Under the pieces are notes generated by a model. That model made no database searches. It was given only the letters and a program-made list of their open reading frames with translations, and was not told where the DNA came from. From Scenedesmus sp. PABB004 (lineage: Eukaryota), in assembly GCA_014905635.1 (NCBI GenBank), contig JABVCE010000008.1:186001-250000 (forward strand): a DNA stretch of 64,000 bases, written 5' to 3'. Position 1 is the first letter of the stretch, and the number at the start of each line of letters is the position of its first letter. This document shows positions 38,359-49,703 of the stretch, in pieces. The translations under genes were made by a program, and so were the position numbers.

Positions 38359-38908
38359 GCGCACCCGCGGCGGCGCTGTTGAGGGTGTAGGCAGCGGCGT
38401 CCGAGTTGACGGGGCCATTGTCGCCGACGCGCGCCGCGTCGTTGGCGTCCGCCAGCATGCGCAGCACCAGCGCGCGCCGCACCAGCCTCAAGTCCTGGCG
38501 GCACCCTGCCCAGGCCTTGCTGCTGCCCACAAAGCGCCGCAGCGCGCCGTAGCTGACGGGCGCTGCCGGCGGGCTGGTGCCCAGCTGGAGCTGGGCGCTC
38601 AGCCGCAGGACCTCGTCGCAGTCAAGCGTCACCGTCGCCTCAGAGTTTCCAAAGCGTGCCAGAAGGGCAATGCGGATGCAGCCGTGCGGGTCGCTGGCCA
38701 GCACCTCGTTGAAGCTCTTGGTGATGCCACAATCCCGCACGGTGCCGCCCAGCACCGCCTTGACGCGGTGCGCCAGGCTCGACCTGGATAGGGCCTGAAC
38801 AGCCAGCAGCCGTGCGGCGGCGTTGAGCACGCGCGTCACGGCGTCGGCGGAGCCGGGCGGCCACAGGGCGTCGATGGCTCGCAGCAGCTTGGCATCTGCG
38901 GGCGCCAT
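34652..38908 (-). CDS. Fusion protein: two winged-helix-like repeats, DEDDy 3'-5' exonuclease and Ycf45/SpoIIIAA-type AAA ATPase
   Basis: Eight exons splice in frame. Exonuclease: VVGLDAEF, ALLQL, KVMHDARRD, VLDTQL, WRARPL, YAADDV. Ycf45: DNRLGVPGQLHRISAMRDR..ITGLTFRVGR, SLLLLGRPG|TGKTTLLRD, VIVDTSNEIA|GD, EAVQNHTPDVIIVDEIG, GVILIGTAHG, LVGGVTTVTLGD. Confidence 0.88.
36084..36156 (-). repeat. 15-bp coding tandem repeat encoding (GDGAA)n inside the Ycf45 domain
   Basis: GCCGTCGCCCGCCGC units repeated four to five times; translates AAGDGAAGDGAAGDGAAGDGAG. Confidence 0.85.
38330..38358. repeat. (CA)n microsatellite in intron 1 of the exonuclease-Ycf45 gene
   Basis: About 14 CA units read directly. 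Confidence 0.9.
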
Positions 38909-39341
38909 CGCGGACGCGCGCCGCACGCGCCGCGCGCCGGCGGCCGGCTGCGCCGGCAGCGCTGGCGCGCGCTCGAGCAAGGAAGCGGTGGATGGCTGGT
39001 GCGGTGTGCTGGCTGAGCGTCCAGGCCCCTTCTGCGGGAATGGGGCGGCGGAGTTGCTCAGGCGAGGTGCCCAGCCGCCGCCGGGTGTTACGCCGCCGCC
39101 GGCCAAGCCGTGCCTCCCCCGCAGTCGGCGGCTGCACCTCAGCGCGTCCTGCAAGCGCCCTGGCAAAGATCGCACCCTGATCTGAATGATAGGATGCAGC
39201 AGGCGGGCGATGAGGCACCGAGCAACCGGGCAGGGACCTTTGTCAACCCTAGGGTCCCTTGAGACGCTGGCGGCGCGTAAGGTTGGCCCCGGCCGACCAA
39301 CGGCGGTACAGCAACGCCCAGCACGCAGCAGGGGCCACAGC

Positions 39342-41161
39342 TCAACCGCAGGTGCCCGCCGGCGGCACCGGCAGGCCGGGGTCGTGCAGGGACAGCCAGC
39401 GCGGCTGCGCCTCGTCGCCCGGGCCGCCCGCGTCGACGACGGCCGTGCCCCACGCCGCGCTCAGCGCCGCCAGGCGCTCCGCCACCCAGGCGCGGTCGGC
39501 GCCGCGCGCGACGTCCACCTGCGCGCGCGCCCCGCGCGGCCGGGCGATCGGGCCCGGCAGCCAGCGCTCGCCGCGCCGCGCGCGCGTGCGCGCGCTGCCG
39601 CGCCGCGCGGCCCAGCAGCAAACCAACTCACCGTCGACCAGTACGGCGGCGACTCCCCCGCGGGCCCCCACTCGTGCCGGATCGCGAGCGGCAGCGCGCG
39701 CAGCGCCGCCAGCCGCAGCCGCCCGGCGCCCGCGCCCCCGCCCGCACCCGAGGGGCGCCGCTCATAGTCGGCGGCCCAGAGCGCGCCGAGGTCATTGCGG
39801 AAGGCCGGCCTTCCGGAAGGCGCCTGGTCGGTGGCATAGTCATCGATGAACCCGCCAGCGCCGTACACGACCGCGCCGCCGCCAGGAAACAGCTGCACGC
39901 CCTGCGCGGCCGGCCGCGGCGCCGGCGTGGCGCGCGCGTGCGACGCGGCCGCAGCGCGGGGCAGTGCTGGCGCGCGCCGCGGCGCGCCTGGATGTGGTGC
40001 GCGCTGTGGCCGAACACCAGGTCCGCGCCCGCCGCCAGGAACGAAGCGCCGAGCTCCTGCGCGGGCAGCGTGGTTGCGCGGCGGGGTGGGCTCTCTCGGT
40101 CCCCAGCGCCGCGGCTGCCCCCGCGGGCGGCGCGCCCCGCGCGCGCGCCACGACCGCGCGCCTGCAGCTGCGCGTCGGGCTCCCACCGCCAGTTGGGTCC
40201 CCAGTGCACTGACGCGACGACCAGCTCGGCGCCGCCGGCGCGCGCGGCCGCCACGTCGCGGCGCAGGCGCGCGGGGTCGGCCCTGCGCCCGGCGGCGGTC
40301 GCCGGCAGTCTCAAGGCATGACCGATCACTCACCAGCCGCTGGCAGCGGCCGCCCCGCACGCGCTCGAGCTCGCGCCGCGCCTGCCTCTGCCCTTGGCGC
40401 CCCCCACCCCCCCTGCTTGCCTGGCCGGGTTGATGAAATTGATGCCGGGCGAGGCCGCGCCCGCCGCCCAGTCGGCGTAGTGGTCGGCATACGCGAGCAA
40501 GCCGACCTGCGCACATGTGGGCCGGGAGGGGGAGCTCAGGGGCGCAGGACCGTCAAGGGCGGGGCGGGCCGAGGCGGCCCGCGCGTGCGCTCCGGCCGCG
40601 CACGCTGGCGCGCACCGTGACGCCGCCGCGCGACACGAGCACGGGCGCGGCCGCGGCGGCGGCGTCCTCGCCCGACCCCGCGTGCGCCACGCGCGCGGCG
40701 TCGAGCGCGCGCCACGTGTCGCGCGCCCCAGGGACGCCGTAGTCCAGGACGTGGTTGTTCGCGGTGCTCACGACGCCCAGCCGCAGCTCCGCCAGCGCGC
40801 CCGCGGCGGCGTCGGCGGGGAGCCTGAAGTTGAAGGCCTTGGGCGTGGGCGTGTCGTGCGACGTGACTGCGGCCGCGCGCGGCGGCGGCGGACCGTCGCA
40901 CGGGTACCCGCGCGCTGCCGGCGCGGGCGCCGCCGCCGCAGCAACGGGCTATCTTGCGGCCGCCAGCCACCCACTCGCGGTCTCGAGGTTGCCGACGACC
41001 AGCGTGCGCTCCGGGTGCGCGTGCAGCACCGGCAGCACGCCGGCGAACGCGGCGCGAGCGCGGCGCTGCTGGCTGAGCTGCTCCCCGACGAGTCGCCCCA
41101 GCATGATGTCGCCCAGCAGCAGGAGCCGAACACTGCTGGCGGGCGGGCAGGGCAGCGCCAT
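39342..41161 (-). CDS. CapA/PGA_cap-family metallophosphoesterase
   Basis: VRLLLLGDIMLGRLV, VGNLETA|VT, PKAFNFR, STANNHVLDYG, AHAGSG, ADHYADWAA, VASVHWGPNW, ADLVFGHSAHHIQ|GV, VYGAGGFIDDY and FRNDLG. About six introns. Confidence 0.88.
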
Positions 41162-41313
41162 TGGCGCCGCAGCGGCGGCGCGAGCGGCAGCGCGGCGCGG
41201 CGATGCGAGCAAAGCGCGAGCGGGCCTCCGACACGGTCGGGAGGGTGGCCTGGCCAATGTTGCGAGTGTCGAGCGGGGCTGCGGGACAGTTGCAGGCCCC
41301 GTCGCCGCGCGCG

Positions 41314-44300
41314 TCACACCGCCGGCTGCAGCACGCGGCGCAGCGGCGGCGTGTTCGCCAACAGGCCGGCATACTCGGGCGACCCCGCCCAGTCCGCCAG
41401 CTCTGCCACGCGCAGCAGCAGCACGTCGTCGTCGCCCAGCGCAGCCGCCTCGCCGTCGCGCTCGCACCCGCCCGCCCGGCCGCCGCCGGGCTCCCCGTTC
41501 GTGCCCCCGGCGAGGCGGTCGTGCTGTGGCAGCAGCTGCGCCACGCGCGGCAGCCCGCCCGGCGCGGCGCGCCGCTCCTCGACGCGCCGCAGCCAGGCCT
41601 CTGCCAGGCCGGCGCCCGCGCCGTGCCCGGGCTCGGGCTCGCCGGCCCCGCCCGCGCGCAGCAGCGCGGCCAGCGCCACGCCGAGGTCCTGCGCCGCGAG
41701 CAGGCCCGCGCGGTCCCCCGCGGCCGCGACCGCGCGCTGGGCAGCCGCCAGCGCCGCCGCGAGCGCGCCGCCCATCGCGTGCATCTCGGCCGGCAGCCGG
41801 CCAAGGAGGAACGCCGGCTGCAGCGCCAGCAGCGACGCGAGCGTCGCGAGGTCGGGCAGGCCGCCCGCGCGCGCCGCCAGCGGCGCGAGCGCCGCCGCCA
41901 TCGCCGCCTGCAGCTCGCCGGGCGGCAGCTGCAGCGCGCCCCTGCTCAGCACCAGCATCGCCTCGCGCTGGCTGCTGGGCGCCTGCGGCGGCGCGCCGCC
42001 GCCGTCCGCCCGGTTGCCTGGCGCCACCGCCACCGGCAGCAGCAGAAGGTGTGCGGCCGGCGCCGCCGCCCGCACGACCTGCACCCGCGGCAGGCTGGGC
42101 AGGCCCAGGATGTCGGCCGCCTCCAGCAGCAGGAAGTGCACGTGCGGCGCCTGCGCGCGCGGCGCGGGGCCGGCTGGGCGGGACGGCCGCCGCGCGCCGC
42201 GCGCCGCGCGCTGCGCGCTGCGCGCCCCCGCCCCGCCCGCCCCCGCCCCGTCGCGGCGCTCGCCAGCTCGTGCCCCCCCCCCCCCCCCCACACACACACA
42301 CCTGCACGTCCATGAGGACTGCACCGAGGTCTCCCTCGCGCAGGCCACCCAAGAAGTGGCCGTCCGCGACCCAGCGCAGCAGCGGGGCCATGCCCGGCCA
42401 CGCCGCCATGCGCGCCAGCACGGCGTCGAGCCCCGGCGGCAGCAGCGTCGCGGCGTCGTCGTCAAACGCGGGCCGCCGCTTGCCGCTGTCCAGGCGCACC
42501 TCGCCCCAGCTGCCCTTGACGACAGCAGCGGCACAGGGGCCGGCGGCGGCGCCGGCGCCGCCGGCAGCGGCGCTTGCCGGGCGGGAGCGCGGCCGCCAGG
42601 CCTCGCCGGCGCTGGCGCCCTGCTGCGCCGCGTCGGCGGCGGCCTCCTCGGCCCGGCTCGCCAGCAATGCGGCGTGGAACGCGGCAATGTCCCTGTTGGC
42701 CCCCGCGTGCTCCCGCGCGCTGGCCAGCAGCTGCGCCAGCGCGGCCGCCGCACCGCCGCCGGGCGGCGCGGCGCCGCCGCCCGCACGCGCCGCTGCGCCG
42801 CGCAGCGCGCGCGCGCTGTGCGTGCGCTGCAGGTGCCCCACCGCAAAGCCCCACAGCCCCGGCGGCGCGTGGTGGCGCTTGAGCGCGGCAGCGTCAGCGG
42901 CCGCCTTTGCGGACAGCAGCGCGGCGATCGCCGCCAGCGTGGCCGGCGCTGTGAGCGGCGCCACGCCGCCCGCCGCCAGCAGCGCGTCGGCGGCCGATGC
43001 GAGCGCCGCCGCGCCAGAGCCGCGACGCTCGGCCGCCGCGGGCGCCGGCTCGAGACCCGCGCCGCCGCCGTGCTGGGCGAAGGCCGGCTGCTTGCGCGGC
43101 ACGCCGCCGCCCGCCGAGCTGCTGCCCGGCAGCAGCGCGCGCGGGCTGCTGGCGCAGGCCGACATGCCCGCACCGGGATCGTCGAGCGGCGGCAGCGCCG
43201 GCCGCCGCCCCACGCCAGCACTGGCAGGGCTGGCCAGCTCCAGCGCGCCACTGCCGCCGCTGCGCAGCCGGGCGCCGCCCGGCGCGGGCGCGGGCTGAGC
43301 AGCCTCCGTCGGCGCCTGGGCGTGCTGGGCCTGCTGCTGTGCGGCCTGCTGCTGCCCCGCCGCCCAGAGCTCCCCATAGTGCGTCTGGATGCCGCGGTCG
43401 GACCGCCCGAGCGGCACCAGCAGCGGCTGGCCCCACGTCGCAGCGCGCCGGCGCGCCGTGTCGAGCCGCCACTCGGCCTCCTGCAGCCGGCCAAAGAGGT
43501 CTGCCACGTAGCGGTCCTTCAGCAGCCCGCTGCGCATGAGGTCCTTGGCCACCAGCGCGCGGTGCGCCTCGGTCAGCGACGCGTGGTCGCAGCGCAGCTC
43601 CTCCAGCTGCCCGTGCAGCTGCCCCAGCGCGCCGCGGAGCGCGCCCGTGCGCGCTACCGCCTCCTGCGAGTGCGGACGGCGGGCGACGGGCGGGCGTTGG
43701 CGGCGGCGGGGCAGGGGAGAGCGGCGCAGCGCAGCGCGCAGCACGGCCGCGCGCACGCTCCCGCCTGCCGCTGCCGCCCGCCGCTCACCTGGCGCTCCTG
43801 CGCCAGCTGCTGCTGCGCGCTGTCCGCGTCCGCGTGCGCCTCGCGCAGCTGTACCGCCAGCTGCCCGACCTGGCCGTGCAGGGCGGCCACGGCCTGCATC
43901 TGCTCCTGATACGTCGCGAGGCTCACGACGCCCGACAGGAAGCCGCCGCTGGGCGCGCCGCCGCCCGACGGGCTGCCCGGCGGTTCCGACGCCGCGGTGA
44001 CAGCACTGGCCGTCCAGAGGTGCTGGCCATCCCCATGGGCCAGCCCCAGCGGCGTCCCGCAGCCCGTTGCAGGCCCAGGTGCGGCCGTCAGCAGGGGCGG
44101 CGCACTGCTGCCGCCGTCCGGCAGGCCGCCTGCTGGCTCGGGCGGCCAGCCGCCAGCGGCATTGTAGCCAGCACCCGGCTGGCCGGGCAGGGGCCCATCG
44201 CCGGCCCAGGCTCCATCGCCGCTGAAGCTCGCCACCACGTCCAGCTGCTGCTGCTGATGATGATGGCAGCTGCTGCTGCTGCTGCTGCGCACAAAGCTGC

Positions 44301-47300
44301 CGCCATCGCCGGTGCTGCGATCAACAGCCCCCGAGCTTGCGGCAAGTGAGGTGACGGTCGTGGTGGTGGTGGTGGCCAGCTGGGAGAAGCTGGTCTGCTG
44401 CACCAGCGCCAGCGCCCCATGGTGCTGAGCCAGCGTGTGCTGCTGCTCCTGCTGCGCCTGCTGCTCCTGCTGCGCCTGCTGAGGTGGCGGTCGCTGCCGC
44501 GCCAGCTGCTGCGGTCCTTGCGCCTGCGGCTGCGGTGCCAGCTGCTGCCGCTGCTGCACCGCCGCCTGGCACCCCTGCACTGCCGTCGCGGCTGCCACGC
44601 CTTGCGCCCGCAGCTCCTGCTGCAGCAGGTTGTGCCGCTGCAGGAGCTGCTGGTGCTGCCGGAGCAGCGCCTGATGCGCCTGCGGCGGCGCCTGCTCGCT
44701 CGGCGGCTGCCACACCTGCTGGTGCTGCTGCTGGTGCTGCTGGTGCTGCTGGTGCTGCTGCTGCTGCTGCAGCAGCGGTGGCGACGTCGGCGGCGGCGAC
44801 AACGGCGGCCGCCCCTGGGCCTGTGGCCGCTCGCCTGACTCCGCAGGCCACACCGCACTGGTGCCAGCGAGCGCCGCCGCGCCTGCCAGCCCCGCCGGGC
44901 TGGGTGGCCCGGCAGCACCTGCAGCGCTGCACAGCTCAGCTGCCACGGTTGACGCAGGCGTGGTGCCGCAGCTGCGCCCGCCAGGCTCCTCTGCGACGGC
45001 AGGCAGCAGCACCGCGCCGAGCTGCGGCTGGGGTGGTGCACTGCCCGGGCTGCCGGCGGCCCCCGAGTCTGCGCCCTGCTCTGCTGCCGCGGGCCCAGAT
45101 GGCGGCAGCTCCACCGGACCCTGCCAGCTGCAAGGCGGCGGCTCGCTCTGCCTTTCAGACAGTGGCGGCTCCAGCTGCCCTGCTGGCTGCTGCTCCGCCG
45201 GCGGCTCCGGCGCCTCGCCTGCAAGCTGCTGCGCGCCAGGCGGCGCGCAACCGATGACCGGCTCTGCTGCGGCCAGCGGCACCGCCGCATTGCCACCTGT
45301 GCTGCCGCCCGAGCTCCCGGCAGCCACGCCTGCGGTGACCAGGTGCCGGTGCGCCGCCGCCTGCGCCGCCAGGCTGTGCTTCCAACCGGCTGCCGCGCGT
45401 GCCGCTGCGCGCACTGCGCGCTTGGCGCTCGCGCTCGCAAGTGCGTCGCTCCACCGCGCCTGCGCCGCCTGCGCGCGCTCCTCGACCCTGGCGGACAGCG
45501 CCTGCGCAGCGGCGGCGGCGGAGCTGGCGGGTCGGCGGCGGCCACCCAAGGGCCGCGCAGCCACCTGAGACCGACTCGTTGCCGCACCGTGAGCGCGTCG
45601 CCAAACGACGCCTGGTGCTTGCGCGCCTCCGCTGTCATCAGCTGCTGCAGCCCCGCCATCTGGTCCAGCACACCTGCGGTCACGACGGCAGCCTCCCCAG
45701 GCGCGGTGGCGCCGCCGCTGCTGCTGCTGCCGGCCGCCGCCGCGCCGTCGCCCGCAGCGTTGCCCGCTGCGACCTGGTCACTGAGCTGCTGCATCGCGCC
45801 CTGCACGGCCGCCGCGCGGCCGGCCAGCCGGCGCGACGCAGCCTCGCTCGCCGCGGTCCACTCCTGCAGCTTGCCAAAGGCCTCCTGGTACGACGACAGC
45901 CAGCCGTCACGCTGCGCCGCGAGCGCCTGCCGGTCGGTGTCGGCCGCGTCCAGCGCGGCCTGCACGCCCTCCAGCTCGCGCTCCAGCGCCACCAGCTGCT
46001 GCGCCGTCCCGTCGCCGGCCGAGGTGGCCGCAAACAGCTGGCGCGCGCGGCGGTCGGGGGCAGGTCAGCGGCGGCGTCGGCGCAGGCTGCCAGCCGCGTC
46101 GCGTCGCCCGGCATGCTGGACGTGACGCACCGCCTCACCTCACGCTGGAGCGATGCGCTCTGCTGCTCCGCCTGCGTCAGCTGGTCGCCCAGCAGCTGCA
46201 GCTGCGCCGCCGAGGCGTGGCCGGCTGCCTCCGACTCGCCCAGCTGCGCCGTGACGGCGTCCAGCTGCTCTGACAGAGCCGCCGCGCGCGCCTGCAGCCC
46301 GCCGTGCTCCGCCTGCAGCGCCTCCAGCTGCCCCGCGGTCAGCACCAGCTGTCGTGCCTTGGCGCTCAGCTCCTGTCGCGGCGGCGCGCGGCGCCGGTCT
46401 CAGGCGCCGGCCAGCAGGCGGCGCTGGCCAGGCGCCGCTGCCGCCCCGCTCCGCCCGCCCCCTTGCACCAGGTTGTCAGCCTCCAGCGCCTCCAGCTTGC
46501 CGGCCGCCGCCTCGTGCTCGACCGTGAGCGCCGCGAGCGCCGCCTCCGCCGCTGTCACCTCCGCGACGCGCTCCCTGAGCCGCCCCGCCTCGGCCGCCGC
46601 CGCGGCCCGCCCCGCCAGCTCCACGTCATAGCTCTGCTGCAGCTGGCCCAGCTCCGACGCCGTGGCCTGCCACGGCGACAGGGGCGAGGACGGCCGTGGG
46701 CGCTGCGCCCGCCGCGGGGGCCTCGCGCCGCAGCGCAGCCGCGCACCTCGAGCCGCGTGCGCGCCTCCGCCAGCTGCTCCTCGAGGTCGGCGGTCGCGTC
46801 GTTGGCCTTGCCGAGCTGGCCCTGCAGCGCCTTCACGCGCGCCTCGGCGACCTCTTGCCGGCTCGTCGCTTCGCCAGCCTGGCGGCGGAGCAGGAAGGCC
46901 CGGGCGGGCAGGGAGAGTGAGCCGCCGCCGCACCCCACCCCTCCCCGCACCCCTCCCTGAGCCGCACCCCTCCCCGCGCCGTCTGCGAGCGCACCTGCGC
47001 ACGCGCCGCGTCCAGCGCCACGCCCAGGCCCGCGCACTTTTCCTGCTCAATCTGCGCGGCGGCGCGGCAGCAGCGGGCCCGAGCTGGGCTCGGCCCTGTG
47101 TGGTGCGCAGCACACACGCGCCGACTGGCAACCGGCGCCTGGCGGCGCCGGCGGGCGCGCGCGTGTCAGGGCCCTGTCTGCTCCACTCACCTCCAGGTCG
47201 GACATGAGCTGCTTGAGGTGGCCCCGCCCCGCCGTCAGCTGCGCGTTGGCGCCCTCCAGATCCATGCCCCGCAGGCGCAGCTGCTCCTCCGCCGCCGCCA

Positions 47301-48249
47301 GCGCGCCGCCCTTGGCCTCCGCGTCGCCCTGCGCGCCCTGCAGCCGGCCCGCCAGGCCGCAGACGAGCGCCGCGGCGCGCGCGCGCGCCTCCACCGCCTC
47401 CAGGCGCGAGCGCTCCAGCGCGACCCGCAGCCGCGACGCCTCGCCTGGCGGCCGGCACGCGCGGCGGGGTGGGCGCGCGTGGGCGGCCGGGCAGCCCCTC
47501 GCACGCCCCCGTACGCGCTCCCGCCGGCGCGCTCCCGCCGCGCTGCGCACCACTGCTCGCCTCCAGCCGCGCCGTGGTGCGCGCCAGCTCCTCCTCCAGC
47601 TGGCGCACCGTCGCCTGCATCGCGCCGGCCATGCCCTCCGCGTTGTCGGCGCGGCCGTCGCTGCGCGCGACCTGGCGCCGCCAGCCCTCCTCCTCCGCGG
47701 CGGCCCGGTCGGCCGCCGCCGTCGCGCGGGTGAGCTCCACCGCGAGCCGGCTCGCCCGGCCTAGCTCCTCGTTGTAGAGTAGGCGCAGCGCGTCCGCCTG
47801 CCGCCCCGCCTCCGCCAGCGCCGCTGCGGCGCCGCCCGCCGCGGCGAGGTCCTGCGCGGCGGCGGCGGCGCACGCGCGCGTGTGCGGCGTCGCACGGGGG
47901 CACGGGCAACGGCGGCGGCGGCGCGCACGCGGGGCGCAGCCCGCACGCACCGCCTGCAGCGCTTCCACCGCCGCGCGGTGCTGCTCCTCCGCGCCCTGCC
48001 GCTCCTGCGCCGCGGCCGCCATGCTCGCGGTGTGGTGCTGCTGCAGCGCCAGGTGCGCGGCGTGGCTGGCCGCGAGGTCGGCCTGCAGCGCCGCGATCTG
48101 CGCCTGCAGCTGGCCCGCCTCGTCGCGCTGCTCGGCGGCGCGCCTGGGCGGTGGTGGTGGCGGCAGCGGTGCCGGCGGCGGCTCAGCTGGTGGGCGCTGC
48201 TGCGGCCCCGGCCACCGCCCCGCAGCGCCGCGCGCTATGGCGGCGTGCT

Positions 48250-48289
<40 letters not shown>

Positions 48290-49263
48290 GCCTGTTGGCG
48301 ACGTCGAGCGCCGCACCGCCGTCGCGCAGGCCGGCCTCCGCCGCCGCGAGCTTGGCGGCGAGGAAGTCGCCGCGGCGCTGCTCGTGGCGCAGGCGCACCT
48401 CCATGCTCTCCTTCATCGCAGCATACGCCTCAGCATAGTCCGCCACCAGCTCCGAGGGGCTCGGGCCCAGCCCCGCGCCGCCCGCCGCGGCGGCGGCGGC
48501 CGCGGCCGCGGCCGCCGCGGCCGCCGCGGCGAGCGGCGCGCGCGCCGCTGCATCGCCGCCGTCGCTGACGGGCGCGCCGGGCGCCGCCGCGGCGGCGACG
48601 GGGCCGGCCAGCAGGTCGACCGTGCCGGCGAGCGCGGCGCTGGCCTGCTGCGCGAGCAGGGAGCGCAGCTGCTGCACCTCGCCGCGCACGAGCTTGCGGA
48701 ACCCGCCTGCGCGCCGCGCGGCGGGCGCGGCGCGCCGTCGGGGCGCCGCGGCCGCCGCCGCTCCAGGGGCAGGGCTGTCCGCGCGCGCGGGGCCTGCGTG
48801 CGCTGTCGCGCTGCGGGCACAGCGCACCCGCTTGCGCGGCCAGGGCGCGGTAGAGGGCGTTGATGCTGTGCTGCGGCAGCCCGCTCGCCAGCAGCGCGCC
48901 GCGGTCCAGCCCCAGCCCCGCCATGCCGCCGCCTGCGAGCGCGGCGGCGCGCGGCGGCCGTGGGCACGGTGGGCGCCTGAAAGCGCGCGCGCGCCGGCCC
49001 CCTGCCGCCGCCGCACCGCCCGGTCCGCCGCCCAGCGCGGGCAGCAGCTGCGCCAGGAACGCGTCGACATCGCCCAGGTCGGCGCCGCTGCTGACGTCCA
49101 GCCCGGGCGCCCTGCGGCGGGGGCGGCGGCGCGTCTCACGTGAGACGCCGCGTGCACGCGGCGGCGGCGTGCGAGCGCAGCACGCGGCGCACGCGAGCGC
49201 AGCGGCGCCGCACCCGCACGGCGCCGCCCCCGTCGCCGCCGGCGGCTGCACGGGCGCCGCCAT
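41314..49263 (-). CDS. Large coiled-coil protein of unknown function (could be more than one gene)
   Basis: Successive GT-AG-bounded exons with heptad-rich A/E/Q/L sequence (about 43400-48200). N-terminal GLGLDRGALLASGLPQHSINALYRAL..GGFRKLV and C-terminal Leu-rich helical exon ending LRRVLQPAV*. Apparent frameshift near 48290. Confidence 0.55.
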
Positions 49264-49703
49264 GGCCGCTCAGCCGTCACGCCGCGCCGCCGGCGCCGGC
49301 CGGCGCGGCCCGCAGGCGCCGCCGCATGCGCGGCGCCGCCGGCGCTGCTGCGCCGCCGCGCCGGACACGATCAGGCGCTGCGGCCCTGCCCGCCCGGCGA
49401 TGGCTCTCGGTGCTATCTCGCGTCAGCCGGGTCTTCCAGCTGGCCGGCCGCCGCGCGAGCGAGCCGCGAGGCGGCGGAGCTCGCTGCCGCGCCGCTGCGC
49501 GCGCAAGAATGGGCCCCCGATGTCGCGTGCGAGCGTGGCAGTGGGAGAAGGTCGCGAGGGCGCGCGCGATGGGTGGCGCGGTTTGGGGCTGGGCGGGCGC
49601 GACGGCGGTCAATGCGCAGAGTTTGAGCTGCCGCGCCGTCCGCACCTCTGCGCAGCGCAGAGCCAGCGCTGTTCCACCCCCACCTGCTCTTCCCTCCCCC
49701 GGG

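Noticed and set aside
34652..41161. Bacterial contamination or a prokaryotic operon (CapA plus exonuclease-Ycf45)
   Set aside because: Both genes contain multiple spliceosomal introns of the same style as the flanking eukaryotic genes.
43900..44800. Poly-Q, poly-T and poly-S tracts here, and poly-Q at 8716-8900 and 27400-27490
   Set aside because: Trinucleotide-derived low-complexity inserts are routine in chlorophyte proteins.
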